Positions 27,238 through 38,281 of a stretch of 51,949 nt of DNA are shown piece after piece. The number at the start of each line of letters is the position of its first letter. The first letter of the stretch is position 1. Made by a program: the position numbers and the translations under genes. Source of the DNA: an uncultured Nitrospirota bacterium. GTDB taxonomy: Bacteria > Nitrospirota > Thermodesulfovibrionia > Thermodesulfovibrionales > JdFR-85. Under the pieces are notes generated by a model. That model was not told the DNA's origin, did not search any database, and saw only the letters and a list, made by a program, of their open reading frames with translations. The DNA lies in contig CAZIIE010000002.1 in NCBI GenBank assembly GCA_964539375.1, positions 1 through 51,949 on the forward strand, read 5' to 3'.

Positions 27238-28337
27238 TGAAGATAGTTGTAAAAATAGGCAGTAATATTGTGGCAGGCCCAGAGGGGCTTGATGAAAAAC
27301 AGATAAACCGTATTGCCTCTGAAATCTCAGAGGTCTTTTCAAAGGGTGAGGAGCTGGTTGTGGTATCCTCCGGTGCAATTGCTGCTGGTATGAAGAGGCT
27401 TTCCCTAAAAAAACGCCCCTCTGACATAAGACACAAGCAGGCCACCGCTGCGGTTGGACAGAGTGCCCTCATGTGGGCCTACGAGCAGGCCTTTTCAAAG
27501 TTCCAGATAGGGGTTGCTCAGGTTCTACTTACAAGGGATGCCTTCTTTGACCGACTTAGATACATCAATGCAAAAAATACCCTTCTGACACTGCTTGACT
27601 ACAGAGTGATACCCATTATCAATGAAAACGACACAGTTTCTGTTGAGGAGATAAAGTTCGGTGACAATGACCTTCTCGCCTCGCTGGTTGCAGGCCTTTT
27701 AGGTGCAGACCATCTGGTTATACTGTCCGATGTTGACGGTCTCTATGATAAGGACCCGAGAAAACACAGCAATGCAAGACTGATAAAAACCGTTAAGGAA
27801 ATAACCCCTGAACTGAAAAGCCTTGCCGGTGGAGCAGGCAGTCTGGTTGGTACAGGGGGGATGTATTCAAAAGTGCTGGCAGCTGAAAAGGCAACGGGCT
27901 TTGGTATAAAAGTAAGCATAATAAATGGTAGAAAAAGGGGGCTTTTAAAGGAGCTACTTTTAGAGGGTAAGGACGCTGGAACAACCTTCCTTCCAGCTAA
28001 AAAAAGGCTCACCGCAAGGAAGGGATGGATTGCCTTTGGCTCAAGGGCAAAGGGAGAGATAGTGATAGACGATGGTGCAGTTAAGGCACTTAAAACAATG
28101 GGTAAGAGTCTTCTTCCCTCTGGCATAGTCAATGTAAATGGCCAGTTCAATGCAGGCGATGCTGTTTACTGCGTGGATGAACGGGGTAACAGGATTGCAA
28201 AGGGGCTTACCAACTACTCCTCTTCAGAGGTTGAAAGGATTAAAGGGCTCAGGACATCAGAGATTGAAAAGACCCTCGGTTATAAATACGCTGATGAGGT
28301 GATTCACAGAGACAATCTGGTTCTTGTAGGCGCATAA
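27237..28337 (+). CDS. proB: Glutamate 5-kinase with C-terminal PUA domain
   Basis: IVVKIGSN...VSSGAIAAG...NENDTV motifs. TGATG overlap with the obg stop. Confidence 0.92.
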
Positions 28338-29380
28338 ATCTCCTTAACCCTCAGGACCACCTCTTCGGGGGTTACCATTGAGCCCCCTGCACGGCCATAA
28401 AAATCAACTTCTGTCCTTCCCTTTACCGAAAGACGGACATCCTCAACCATCTGCCCCATGTTAAGCTCAACTACAAGAAAGTCTTTGCCCTGAAGGCTGA
28501 GCTGGGCAATCTCCTTTTCAGGGAAGGGAAAAAGCGTAATCGGTCTGAAAAGACCTACCTTGAAGCCCTCCTTTCTTAACATCTCCATGGCAGTATAACA
28601 TACCCTTGAGGCAATTCCGAAGGCTATAATTACAAGCTCTGCATCCTCAACCTCAATTGCCTCATAAAGGACCTCTTCCTCTTTCATCTTACTGTACTTC
28701 TGAAAGAGCTTCTGGTTGTGTTTTTCAAGCTCTCCCTCACCAAGATATAGTGACTTTATAACCCTTGGCTCTCTGCCCTTACAGCCATCAAGCACCCAGT
28801 CCTTGGGAGGCAGGTTTGGTGGATTGTAAGGCACAGGTTCAAAGGGCTCCATCATCTGACCGAGCACTCCATCGCCAAGGATCATCACAGGGTTTCTGTA
28901 CTGGTCAGCCCTGTCAAAGGCACGCATGGTGAGTTCCCAGAGCTCCTGATGGCAGTTAGGTGCGTAGACAAGGAGTTTGTAGTCTCCATGGCCTCCACCT
29001 TTTACAGCCTGAAAGTAGTCCTGCTGACTTCCAGAAATATTACCAAGACCTGGCCCACCTCTCTGCATGTTAACTATAACAGCAGGCAACTCAGCTCCTG
29101 CAAGATAAGAAATTCCTTCCTGTTTGAGACTTATACCTGGTGATGACGACGATGTCATTGCACGGGCACCTGCTGCTGAAGCGCCAAAGACCATGTTTAT
29201 AGCTGCCAGTTCACTTTCAGCCTGAATGAAAACACCCCCTACCTCTTCCATCCTTCTTGACATGTACTCTGGTATCTCATTCTGGGGTGTTATTGGATAG
29301 CCAGCATAGAATCTGCAGCCAGCCTGTATGGCTGCCTCAGCAATCACCTCGTTTCCCTTCATTAAGATCTTTTCAGGCAT
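28304..29380 (-). CDS. 2-oxoacid:ferredoxin oxidoreductase alpha-type subunit (VorB/KorA-like)
   Basis: MKGNEVIAEAAIQAGCRFYAGYPITPQNEI and SSSSPGISLKQEGISYLAGAELP, NMQRGGPGLGN motifs. 358 aa. Confidence 0.75.
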   Translation of the reverse strand: MPEKILMKGNEVIAEAAIQAGCRFYAGYPITPQNEIPEYMSRRMEEVGGVFIQAESELAAINMVFGASAAGARAMTSSSSPGISLKQEGISYLAGAELPAVIVNMQRGGPGLGNISGSQQDYFQAVKGGGHGDYKLLVYAPNCHQELWELTMRAFDRADQYRNPVMILGDGVLGQMMEPFEPVPYNPPNLPPKDWVLDGCKGREPRVIKSLYLGEGELEKHNQKLFQKYSKMKEEEVLYEAIEVEDAELVIIAFGIASRVCYTAMEMLRKEGFKVGLFRPITLFPFPEKEIAQLSLQGKDFLVVELNMGQMVEDVRLSVKGRTEVDFYGRAGGSMVTPEEVVLRVKEIYAPTRTRLSL

Positions 29381-29382
29381 GG

Positions 29383-29670
29383 CTACTGGATTATTCTTGG
29401 AACCCTGTAAAAATTGCCCTTTCTATCAGGGGCATTCTGCAGAGCCTCATCAGGTGTGATTGAGCCCTGGGGCTCATCATCACGAAAGACATTGGTTATA
29501 TCAAGCACATGACTGGTTGGTTCAACACCGGTTGTGTCAAGCTCATTGAGTTTATCTATGTAGGAAAGGATGTGGCTTAACTGTCCAGAGTAAAGCTCCT
29601 TTTCCTCCTCGGTAAGCTTCAGCCTTGCTAAAAGAGCTATGTGTTCAACATCCTTATGGGATACCTTCAT
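29383..29670 (-). CDS. gatC: Asp/Glu-tRNA amidotransferase subunit C
   Basis: 95 aa. IALLARLKLTEEE...LSYIDKLNELDTTGVEPTSHV is typical of GatC. Confidence 0.9.
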   Translation of the reverse strand: MKVSHKDVEHIALLARLKLTEEEKELYSGQLSHILSYIDKLNELDTTGVEPTSHVLDITNVFRDDEPQGSITPDEALQNAPDRKGNFYRVPRIIQ

Positions 29671-29672
29671 TT

Positions 29673-31790
29673 TCAGACCCTTTCAAGATGGGCAAACTTA
29701 ACGGCAAGCCTCTTGACCCCCACACCGGGGAAGTTTACCGACACTTTGAGGTCATCACCCTCGCCATAGCAGTCCCTGACCACACCAATTCCCCATTTTG
29801 GATGCCTCACCCTGCAGCCGGTCTTGTAAGGCACCTTAAAGGTTGGTGCCGATTTCTTCTGAACCCTTTCCTTGGGTGCACTCTCCTGATAGTGCTTGCA
29901 GATGGCCTTCTCAACCCATCTACAGCATTCCTTGGGTATGGAAAACAGAAACCTTGAGGGCTCCTGGTCCTGAAGTTTGGAAAAGACCCTTCTTTTCTTT
30001 GCTCCTGTGAGATAGAGATGGTCCTTTGCCCTGGTCATACCCACATAAAAAAGACGGCGCTCTTCCTCAAGCTCCTCTTCACTTTCAAAGGCCTTAAAGT
30101 AGGGCAGTAGGCCCTCCTCAAGACCTGTGATAAATACCACCGAAAACTCAAGCCCTTTGGCAGTATGAAAGGTCATCAGGGAGACCTTGTCGCTTTCCGT
30201 TTCATCATCAAGTCTGGTGATCAGGGAGACATTATCAAGAAACTCATTGAGTCCCTTACCCTCTGCAGAAGCCATAAGCTCAGCGATATTCTGGATCCTC
30301 TCCTCACTCAGGTGTTCTGCATAGCCTGTTAGCTCTAAAACCTCTTTGATTATCTCTGAAACATTCTGTTTCTTTAAGGATGATAGCCTGTTAATGAGCT
30401 CAACGAAGTCCTTAAGCCTCTCAACCACTGTGGGAGAGGAAGATTTTTTAGAGCATATCTGTTTTATTGCCTCATATAGGCTTATCCCATCCTTCTTTGA
30501 GACATGCTCAATCTTATTAATTGTGGCAGCCCCTATGCCTCTTGGTGGTGTGTTTATAATCCTTCTCAGGCTTACATTGTCATGGGGATTCTGGATGATT
30601 CTCAGATAGGCTATAATGTCCTTAACCTCAGAACGCTCGTAAAAGCTCACTCCACCAACCACCCTGTAAGGAATCCTTTCCTTGCGGAGTGCTTCCTCAA
30701 TTGCCCTGGATTGCATGTTTATCCTGTAAAGGATGGCAATGTCACCAAAGTTATATTTGCCTTTCAGGTATATCTCTCTTATGGTTCTTGCAATGTATTT
30801 TGCTTCATCCTCCTCATTTGGTAGCCAGTAAAAACATACCTTTTCTCCCCTTCCCCTTTCAGTCCAGAGTCTCTTTTCTTTGCGTCTTCTGTTCTCTGCA
30901 ATCACAGCACCTGATACATCAAGGATGTTCTGGGTGCAGCGGTAGTTCTGCTCAAGCTTGATTATCTTTATGTCAGGAAAATCCTCTTCAAGGCGGCTGA
31001 TATTCTTTACCTCTGCCCCTCTAAATTTATAGATACTCTGGTCATCATCGCCAACTACCGAGAGCTGTCTGTGACCAGAGGCAAGAAGTTTTATAAGCAT
31101 GTACTGGGAATAGTTTGTGTCCTGAAACTCGTCAACCAGGATGTACTGAAACCTCTCCTGATACTTACTTAACAGGTCCTCCCTCTCCTGAAATAGCCTT
31201 ACAGTAAGCATGATTAGGTCATCAAAGTCAAGGGCATTACACCGTTTAAGCTCATCCTGATAGCGAAGATAGACCTTTGCAAGCTTTTCATCAAAGCCAT
31301 AGCTGTCTTCAGAGGAGATAAACTCCTCGGGGCTTATCAGGGAGGCCTTGAGATTGCTTATCCTTGCAGCCACACCCTTGTAAAGGGCCTCGTATATGTT
31401 TAGCTCCTTCAGTATGTGCCTTACCAGACTGTGCTGGTCAGCCTCATCGTATATTACAAAATCTGGGCTGTATCCGAGTGCCTTTATCTCTGCTCGGAGT
31501 ATCCTGTTACACTGGGAATGGAAGGTGCCAATCCAGGGATGGTTTAGCTCACACTGAAGAATATTGCAAATCCTGGTTTTCATCTCATTGGCAGCCTTGT
31601 TGGTAAAGGTTACGGTAAGGATGGATGAGGGAGTGAGGTTTTTCTCTTTTAGAAGATAGGCAAACTTGTAAGTAATGACTCTTGTTTTACCGCTACCAGC
31701 CCCTGCAAGTATTAACAGCGGTCCTTCTGTGTGTAATAAAGCCTCTCTCTGTTGTGGGTTAAGATCATTGATTAAGGATTTGGCATTCAT
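29673..31790 (-). CDS. pcrA: ATP-dependent DNA helicase, UvrD/PcrA family
   Basis: Walker A AGAGSGKT, motifs TFTNKAANEM, VDEFQDTN, TFHTAKGLEF, YVGMTRAK. C-terminal Tudor-like tail GCRVRHPKWGIGVV. Confidence 0.9.
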   Translation of the reverse strand: MNAKSLINDLNPQQREALLHTEGPLLILAGAGSGKTRVITYKFAYLLKEKNLTPSSILTVTFTNKAANEMKTRICNILQCELNHPWIGTFHSQCNRILRAEIKALGYSPDFVIYDEADQHSLVRHILKELNIYEALYKGVAARISNLKASLISPEEFISSEDSYGFDEKLAKVYLRYQDELKRCNALDFDDLIMLTVRLFQEREDLLSKYQERFQYILVDEFQDTNYSQYMLIKLLASGHRQLSVVGDDDQSIYKFRGAEVKNISRLEEDFPDIKIIKLEQNYRCTQNILDVSGAVIAENRRRKEKRLWTERGRGEKVCFYWLPNEEDEAKYIARTIREIYLKGKYNFGDIAILYRINMQSRAIEEALRKERIPYRVVGGVSFYERSEVKDIIAYLRIIQNPHDNVSLRRIINTPPRGIGAATINKIEHVSKKDGISLYEAIKQICSKKSSSPTVVERLKDFVELINRLSSLKKQNVSEIIKEVLELTGYAEHLSEERIQNIAELMASAEGKGLNEFLDNVSLITRLDDETESDKVSLMTFHTAKGLEFSVVFITGLEEGLLPYFKAFESEEELEEERRLFYVGMTRAKDHLYLTGAKKRRVFSKLQDQEPSRFLFSIPKECCRWVEKAICKHYQESAPKERVQKKSAPTFKVPYKTGCRVRHPKWGIGVVRDCYGEGDDLKVSVNFPGVGVKRLAVKFAHLERV

Positions 31791-31868
31791 TTTAACTTTA
31801 ATATTTTAAAACATTCGGGCAGTTCCTTGCAAATAAAACAATAGGGAGATTTGAATTTTTTATCACGG

Positions 31869-33686
31869 CTACTCCACTGTTACGCTTTTTGCAAGGTTTC
31901 TCGGCTGGTCAACATCGTATCCCCTTAAAACTCCAATGTGATAGGCAAGAAGCTGAAGGGGGACAACCATTAACAAAGGCTCAAGCTCTTCAGCTGTTTC
32001 AGGCACCCTGAATACCCAGTCTGACTCACTGAGTGACCTGTCTTGTACAGAGGTGAATACTATAGTCCTTCCACCCCTTGCCTTAACCTCCTCAATATTT
32101 GAAAGGACCTTTTCTTTTAAAGGCCCCTTCTGAACAAGCACAACCACTGGCATCTCCTCATCAATAAGGGCTATTGGTCCGTGCTTCATCTCACCAGCAG
32201 GATATCCCTCAGCATGGATGTAGGATATCTCTTTCAGCTTCAGCGCACCCTCAAGGGCAATGGGATACAATAATCCTCTTCCAAGGTAGAGAAAATCCTT
32301 TGCCTTTGAAAACTGCCTTGCTATCTCCTCTATCTCCTCTTCCCGCCTGAGTATGTCTTCCATCTTCTCAGGAAGCCCTAAAAGCTCATCTATCATCGCT
32401 GAGTGGTCAACCTCCTCCTTTTTAACCTCCTCAAGAAGCATTGCAAAGAGTTGTAATGCTACAAGCTGGGCTGTAAAGGCCTTTGTTGATGCCACACCAA
32501 TCTCAGGGCCTGAATGGGTATAAAACACTGCATCTGCCTCACGGGCTGAGGTTGCTCCCAGAACATTGCAGATACTCAGTGTCCTTGCCCCTCTTCTTTT
32601 TGCCTCCCGCTGGGCAGCAAGGGTGTCAGCGGTCTCACCTGATTGGGTAATAGCGATAAAGAGGTCGTCTTTTTTAATCAGTGGATTTCTGTAGCGAAAT
32701 TCCGAGGCAAGGTCAACCTCCACATTTACACCGCTTAAGGACTCTATGAGATACTTTCCAATAAGGGCTGCATGCCAGGAGGTACCACAGGCTGAGATGT
32801 ATATCCTGGAAAGCCCTTTGAGGTAATCAGTTGAAAGGCCAAACTCATGGGGGTTAACCCTTCCCTCCCTGAGAAGCAGTCTTCCAGAAAGGGTATCAGA
32901 TACTGCCCGGGGCTGCTCATGTATCTCCTTTATCATGAAATGTCTGTAACCACCTTTTTCAGCCATTGCAGGCGACCAGTTAAGGGTGACCGTTTCCTTT
33001 TTCAGCTCTATCCCATCAAGCCCTATAAAACTATAATCACCGTCCTTTACCACAACCATCTCACCATCTTCAAGAAAGACAACCCTGTTTGTGCTCCTTA
33101 AAAAGGCAGGCACATCGGATGCAATAAAGTGTCCATCCTCGGAGATACCAAACACCAGGGGGCTGTCCTTTCTTGCACCGATAAGCTTAGACCTTTCTTT
33201 CTTTGAGATAACCAGCACCGCATAGGAGCCCCTTACCTCCTTTAGTGCCTTTGTAACAGCCTCTTCAAGGGGGGCTTCTTGATGGTAAAGGTCTATCAGA
33301 TGGGAAAGGACCTCTGTGTCAGTCTCGGATTGAAACACATAACCCCTTTTTTCAAGCTGTCCCTTAAGCTGACGGTAGTTTTCAATTATCCCGTTATGTA
33401 CCACCACCACATTGTCAGAACAATGGGGATGGGCGTTATAATCAGTGGGAAGCCCGTGGGTTGCCCATCTTGTATGGCCTATTGCAAGAGTGCAGTCAGT
33501 GGTAGGCTCATCAAGGAGTTTTTCCAGGTCCCGAATCTTTCCCTTGCACTTTTTTATGATTAAATCCTCCCCTTTAAGATAGGCTATACCTGCAGAGTCA
33601 TAGCCCCGATACTCCAGATGTTTAAGCCCCTCCACAACGAGCCTTACGGCATTTCCCCTTCCAGTATAACCAATTATGCCACACAC
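31869..33686 (-). CDS. glmS: Glutamine--fructose-6-phosphate aminotransferase
   Basis: MCGIIGY N-terminal nucleophile, two SIS domains, C-terminal NLAKSVTVE. 605 aa. Confidence 0.95.
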   Translation of the reverse strand: MCGIIGYTGRGNAVRLVVEGLKHLEYRGYDSAGIAYLKGEDLIIKKCKGKIRDLEKLLDEPTTDCTLAIGHTRWATHGLPTDYNAHPHCSDNVVVVHNGIIENYRQLKGQLEKRGYVFQSETDTEVLSHLIDLYHQEAPLEEAVTKALKEVRGSYAVLVISKKERSKLIGARKDSPLVFGISEDGHFIASDVPAFLRSTNRVVFLEDGEMVVVKDGDYSFIGLDGIELKKETVTLNWSPAMAEKGGYRHFMIKEIHEQPRAVSDTLSGRLLLREGRVNPHEFGLSTDYLKGLSRIYISACGTSWHAALIGKYLIESLSGVNVEVDLASEFRYRNPLIKKDDLFIAITQSGETADTLAAQREAKRRGARTLSICNVLGATSAREADAVFYTHSGPEIGVASTKAFTAQLVALQLFAMLLEEVKKEEVDHSAMIDELLGLPEKMEDILRREEEIEEIARQFSKAKDFLYLGRGLLYPIALEGALKLKEISYIHAEGYPAGEMKHGPIALIDEEMPVVVLVQKGPLKEKVLSNIEEVKARGGRTIVFTSVQDRSLSESDWVFRVPETAEELEPLLMVVPLQLLAYHIGVLRGYDVDQPRNLAKSVTVE

Positions 33687-33687
33687 C

Positions 33688-35067
33688 TTAACCCCTCTTT
33701 TTCCTCTTTACCCAGCCCTTGATGTTAACCTGTTTGGGTCTTGAAAGGGCAAGGCTTTCGGCAGGGACATCCTTGGTGATGGTTGACCCTGCACCCACGA
33801 AGGCACCCTTTCCCACCCTGACAGGTGCAACAAGCTGGGTATCGCTGCCCACGAAAACCCCGTCTTCAATCACGGTTCTGTGCTTTTTCTTACCATCGTA
33901 ATTACAGGTTATTGTGCCAGCTCCGATATTTACATGGCTTCCAACCTGAGCATCTCCAATATAGCTGAGATGCTGTGCCTTTGAGCCCTTACCAATCTCA
34001 GAGGCCTTCACCTCAACAAAGTTGCCAATCCTTGCACCCTCCTTAATAAGAGTACCAGGTCTCAACCTTGCAAAGGGTCCTATCACAGCATGGTCTTTTA
34101 CCCTCACATCCTCAAGCACAGAGGAGTCTTTTATCTCCACATGGTTACCGATAGTAGAGTTTGAAATCCTAACATTTGGATAGATTGTGCAGTTACTGCC
34201 TATAACGGTGTTTCCTTCAAGGTAGGTATTTGGATAGACAAAGGTGCCAGGCCCGATCTTTACCGTTGGATGAATATAGGTGGTTGAGTAATCCATAAAG
34301 GTGACATCCCTTTCCGTCCAGTATCTGATAAGCCTTTCTCTTAAAAGGGTCTCAGCCCTTTTAAGGTCCTCTTTGGTGTTAATGCCGTGAAACTCCTCCT
34401 CAACACCAATGTTGTAAACCTCTGCCTTTAAAGACCTCTTTGTGGCAAGCTCAAGGATATCAGTAAGGTAGTATTCGCCCTTTTTGGGGTTAATCCTGAT
34501 TTTTGCAACTAAAGGCAGCAGTTCCTTCTTCATCAGGTAAACACCGCTGTTTACCTCTTTTATCTCCCTCTCCTCGGCTGAAAGGTCCTTTTCTTCCTTT
34601 ATCATAACTGCCCGATTTCCCTTTTCCCTGATTATCCTACCGTAGCCATAGGGGTCTTCAGCATTAAAGGAAAGGACGCTCAGCATGTTGCCTGCCCTTC
34701 TGTGCCTTCTTATAAAACCCTTCAGGGTCTGCTCTGTGATAAGCGGAGTATCACCATTTAAGACCAGGATGTCTCCTTTAAAACCCCACAGAGCCTTCTT
34801 TGCACTTAACAGGGCATGGGCTGTGCCAAGGGGTTCAGGCTGAAGGGCAAAGTTTACATCAACCCCTTTTAGTGCCTCTTTAATCTGGTTCTCTGTCATC
34901 TTTCCCACAACCACCACAACCCTGTCAGGCCCTAACGCCTTAACGGTCTGCAAAACATACATCAGCATTGGCAGGCCACTCAATCGGTGAAGCACCTTCG
35001 GCAAAGCAGAACGCATCCTGGTGCCCATGCCTGCAGCAAGCACCACAACAGAAAGTGCCCTCTTCAT
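33688..35067 (-). CDS. glmU: Bifunctional GlcNAc-1-P uridyltransferase / GlcN-1-P acetyltransferase
   Basis: LAAGMGTRM N-terminus and C-terminal left-handed beta-helix hexapeptide repeats. 459 aa. Confidence 0.93.
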   Translation of the reverse strand: MKRALSVVVLAAGMGTRMRSALPKVLHRLSGLPMLMYVLQTVKALGPDRVVVVVGKMTENQIKEALKGVDVNFALQPEPLGTAHALLSAKKALWGFKGDILVLNGDTPLITEQTLKGFIRRHRRAGNMLSVLSFNAEDPYGYGRIIREKGNRAVMIKEEKDLSAEEREIKEVNSGVYLMKKELLPLVAKIRINPKKGEYYLTDILELATKRSLKAEVYNIGVEEEFHGINTKEDLKRAETLLRERLIRYWTERDVTFMDYSTTYIHPTVKIGPGTFVYPNTYLEGNTVIGSNCTIYPNVRISNSTIGNHVEIKDSSVLEDVRVKDHAVIGPFARLRPGTLIKEGARIGNFVEVKASEIGKGSKAQHLSYIGDAQVGSHVNIGAGTITCNYDGKKKHRTVIEDGVFVGSDTQLVAPVRVGKGAFVGAGSTITKDVPAESLALSRPKQVNIKGWVKRKKRG

Positions 35068-36131
35068 GACAGAAGCCTCACCTTGATTTTAGTCATTATG
35101 ACCCTGTCCTTTCTTAGCAGTTTCACATCAACCATCTGACCCTCTCTGACATGTCTGAGCGCCTTCTTGATGTCATCCATTGACTTTACCTTTTTGTGAT
35201 TTATCTCAAGTATTATATCTCCTCCAAGATACAGTATGGTGCTGCTTATCTCAACAGGAATGGAACCTCCCCTGATGCCAGCATAATAGGCAGGGCTTTT
35301 GGGCACAACCTCTGAAACCAGTATCCCCTCTGAAACGGGAAGATGAAGAGCCTCGGCTAAACGGTCCCACAGTGGGATGCCCACTATGCCTATCCAGGGC
35401 CTTCTCACCTTGCCGTATCTGATAAGGTCTGGTATTAACTCCTTAGCAGTGTCCACTGGAATGGCAAAACCTATGCCGATGTTTCCACCTGAGGGGGTGA
35501 AGATAGCGGTATTTATTCCAATCATCTCGCCAGCGGTGTTTATCAGGGGACCTCCTGAATTTCCTGGATTTATCGGTGCATCGGTCTGGATAACATTCTC
35601 TATAACCCTGCCACTTTCTGTGGTAAGGGGTCTTCCAAGGGCACTTATAATGCCTGTAGTGAGTGTTGAGTTAAGACCAAAGGGGTTTCCTATTGCATAA
35701 ACCCTCTGTCCTACCTGAAGATTGGAAGAATCGCCAAGCTTTAAAGGCCTTAGCTTTTCTGAGGGCTCAATCTTTATGATGGCAATGTCATTTTCAGGGT
35801 CAGCACCAATGAGTCTTGCGCTGTATTTGTGTCCGTTAGAGAGGGTTACCGTTATCTCTGCTGCATCCTCTACAACATGGTAGTTTGTGAGGATAAAGCC
35901 CCTGCTGTCAATTATTGAACCTGAACCAGCACCCTTTGAGGGATAAACAGAAAAGAAGTCTCTTATCAGTGTGGTGGTCGTTATATTAACAACCGATGGG
36001 GCAACCTCTTTATAGACCCTTATATTTGTTTTTTCCTCATCGGTAAGCGCCCATAAAGGGCCCTTAAAAAAAACAAACAGCCCTAATGCAAGTATCAGTA
36101 TTGCTGACGGTCTTTTAAGGATAGATACCAA
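35064..36131 (-). CDS. HtrA/DegP-family serine protease with one PDZ domain
   Basis: Signal/TM N-terminus. Catalytic triad context TNYHVV, DIAIIK, GNSGGPL. C-terminal PDZ. TTG start with GGAGAAGG upstream. Confidence 0.88.
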   Translation of the reverse strand: MVSILKRPSAILILALGLFVFFKGPLWALTDEEKTNIRVYKEVAPSVVNITTTTLIRDFFSVYPSKGAGSGSIIDSRGFILTNYHVVEDAAEITVTLSNGHKYSARLIGADPENDIAIIKIEPSEKLRPLKLGDSSNLQVGQRVYAIGNPFGLNSTLTTGIISALGRPLTTESGRVIENVIQTDAPINPGNSGGPLINTAGEMIGINTAIFTPSGGNIGIGFAIPVDTAKELIPDLIRYGKVRRPWIGIVGIPLWDRLAEALHLPVSEGILVSEVVPKSPAYYAGIRGGSIPVEISSTILYLGGDIILEINHKKVKSMDDIKKALRHVREGQMVDVKLLRKDRVIMTKIKVRLLS

Positions 36132-36173
36132 ACTAACCTTCTCCCCTTGAGGTTCTTACCAGCAGGCCTAACA

Positions 36174-36926
36174 TTATCCAGCCTTTGCCATTACCTCGTC
36201 AGGCAGGTCAAAATTGGCATAGACATTCTGGACATCGTCGTGGTCCTCAAGAACCTCCATCAGCCTGAGCATCTTTTCAGCACTGTCGCCTTCAAGGGAG
36301 ACCTGAGACTTGGGAAGCATGGTTATCTCAGCCATGGCAATCGGGACACCCCTGGCTGTAAGGGCATCCTTAACAGACTGAAATTCATCAGCTGTGGTGA
36401 TTATCTCGTAGTTTTCTTCGCCAGGGTCATTCTTCAGGTCCTCTGCTCCTGCCTCAAGGGCTATATCCATAAGAGTGTCTTCATCTATGGTGTTTTTGTC
36501 AATTAGAATCAATCCCTTTTTCTCAAATATCCAGGACACACAGCCTGCCTCTCCGAGGCTTCCACCATGTTTACTCAAAAGGTGTCTTATCTCAGAAACG
36601 GTTCTGTTTTTATTATCGGTAAGAACCTCTATTAGAAGAGCTACTCCACCAGGCCCATAACCTTCATATACTGCTTCCTCATAGGCCATACCTGGCAGTT
36701 CACCGGTGCCCTTCTGGATTGCCCTCTTTATATTGTCCTGGGGCATATTGGCTTCCTTTGCCTTCTCAATAGCGGTTCTAAGGCGTGGGTTCATTGAGGG
36801 GTCACCACCGCCAAGTTTTGCAGCAACAGAGATCTCCTTTGCAAGCTTTGAAAAGAGCTTACCCCGTTTTGCATCAACTACTGCCTTTTTGTGTTTAATC
36901 TGTGCCCACTTGGAATGACCAGCCAT
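36174..36926 (-). CDS. yebC: YebC/PmpR-family transcriptional regulator
   Basis: [16 protein letters not shown]-terminus. 250 aa. GGAGG upstream. Confidence 0.92.
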   Translation of the reverse strand: MAGHSKWAQIKHKKAVVDAKRGKLFSKLAKEISVAAKLGGGDPSMNPRLRTAIEKAKEANMPQDNIKRAIQKGTGELPGMAYEEAVYEGYGPGGVALLIEVLTDNKNRTVSEIRHLLSKHGGSLGEAGCVSWIFEKKGLILIDKNTIDEDTLMDIALEAGAEDLKNDPGEENYEIITTADEFQSVKDALTARGVPIAMAEITMLPKSQVSLEGDSAEKMLRLMEVLEDHDDVQNVYANFDLPDEVMAKAG

Positions 36927-36980
36927 CTATTCCTCCAGCATAAATTTTTGGATTAAAAAACCCTGTGGTATTGTCTATTT

Positions 36981-37010
36981 ATGTTAACTTCCTGTCAGTT
37001 GCCCTGTCAA
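36981..37010 (-). promoter_or_regulatory. Sigma70-like promoter candidate for yebC
   Basis: The minus strand has TTGACA (37010..37005), an 18-nt spacer, and TAACAT (36986..36981), about 55 nt upstream of the ATG. Confidence 0.3.
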
Positions 37011-37043
37011 GAAAGGAGCTGGCAGAAGCAGATTAAGGGGTTT

Positions 37044-38255
37044 TTACTTTTTCCATCCTTCCCTGGGGATGACCCTGATACCTGATTTATCAATATAAAG
37101 GCCAAATCGCTCATCATCAGGGTCAAAGCCAATCCTTGAGCCCTCCTTTATAACATTCATCTTATCAATTATCACATTTCTCAGGTGGGCACCCCTTTTT
37201 ATAACTGTATTGTTCATAATTATGGCATCCTCTATCTGCACATCCTCTTCAATAACAACTCCTGTCCTTATTACGGAGTTTTTAATCTTTGCCCCTTTAA
37301 TCGTTACTCCCTCGGCAATCATGCTGTTTATTATCTCGGCGTTGAGTATCTTTGAGGCTGGAGCCTTCTGCCCAGAGGGGTAGATAGGCCAGTCAGGGTT
37401 ATTCAGCTCAAACACAGGCTCCTCTCCAAGCATATCCATGTGGGCATCAAAAAAGGCCTTTATTGTCCCCACATCCCTCCAATAACCCCTTTCTTCATAA
37501 TCCTTCATGCCTGGCACCCTGTTAGTTGCAAAGTCATAGGCAAAGAGCTTTCCTGTTTCAACAAGGTCAGGCAGTATGTGGGCTCCAAAGTCATGCTGCC
37601 TCTTTGACTGTGCCTCAATAAGAGCATTTATCAGCACATCTCTGTTAAAGATATAATTCCCCATTGAGACATAAGCCCTCTGAGGGTCATCGGGCATGGG
37701 GGTTGGCTCTTTTGGTTTTTCCTGAAAACCTACAATTCTGTTTTCGCTATCAGTCTGTATTACTCCAAAGGCAGAGGCCTCTGAAAGCGGAACCGGTCGG
37801 GCAGCAACAGTAACATCAGCGCCCTTTTCAAGGTGGAAGTCAATCATCTGTCTGATATCCATCCTGTAGATATGGTCAGCACCGAATATTATCACAAGCT
37901 CAGGTTTCTGCTGCTTGATGAGGTTTATATTCTGAAACACCGCATCTGCTGTGCCCTGAAACCACTCGGGGCCCATCCTCATCTGGGGTGGAACAACCGC
38001 TATAAAGTGGTCACGGACAATCGGCGAAAGAACCCAGTGCTTCCTGATATGCTCAATCAGTGATTGGGACTTGTATTGAACAAGCAGGTAGATAGAGTAT
38101 ATCTGGGAGTTTATGAAGTTACTCAATACAAAATCCACTATCCTGTATCTGCCACCAAAGGGCACCGCAGGTTTTGAGCGGAAGGAGGTCAGGGGAAAGA
38201 GCCTCTCTCCCTTGCCACCTGCCAGTATAAAGGTCAGTATCCTTGGATGAGCCAT
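37044..38255 (-). CDS. glgC: Glucose-1-phosphate adenylyltransferase
   Basis: ILAGGKGERLFPLTSFRSKPAVPFGGRYRIVDFVLSN and QGTADAV motifs. C-terminal beta-helix. Confidence 0.93.
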   Translation of the reverse strand: MAHPRILTFILAGGKGERLFPLTSFRSKPAVPFGGRYRIVDFVLSNFINSQIYSIYLLVQYKSQSLIEHIRKHWVLSPIVRDHFIAVVPPQMRMGPEWFQGTADAVFQNINLIKQQKPELVIIFGADHIYRMDIRQMIDFHLEKGADVTVAARPVPLSEASAFGVIQTDSENRIVGFQEKPKEPTPMPDDPQRAYVSMGNYIFNRDVLINALIEAQSKRQHDFGAHILPDLVETGKLFAYDFATNRVPGMKDYEERGYWRDVGTIKAFFDAHMDMLGEEPVFELNNPDWPIYPSGQKAPASKILNAEIINSMIAEGVTIKGAKIKNSVIRTGVVIEEDVQIEDAIIMNNTVIKRGAHLRNVIIDKMNVIKEGSRIGFDPDDERFGLYIDKSGIRVIPREGWKK

Positions 38256-38281
38256 AGAACCTCCATAAGGTTGACGCTAAA

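Noticed and set aside
33686-33688. glmS ribozyme upstream of glmS
   Set aside because: glmS starts 1 nt after the glmU stop, so there is no leader that could hold a ribozyme.
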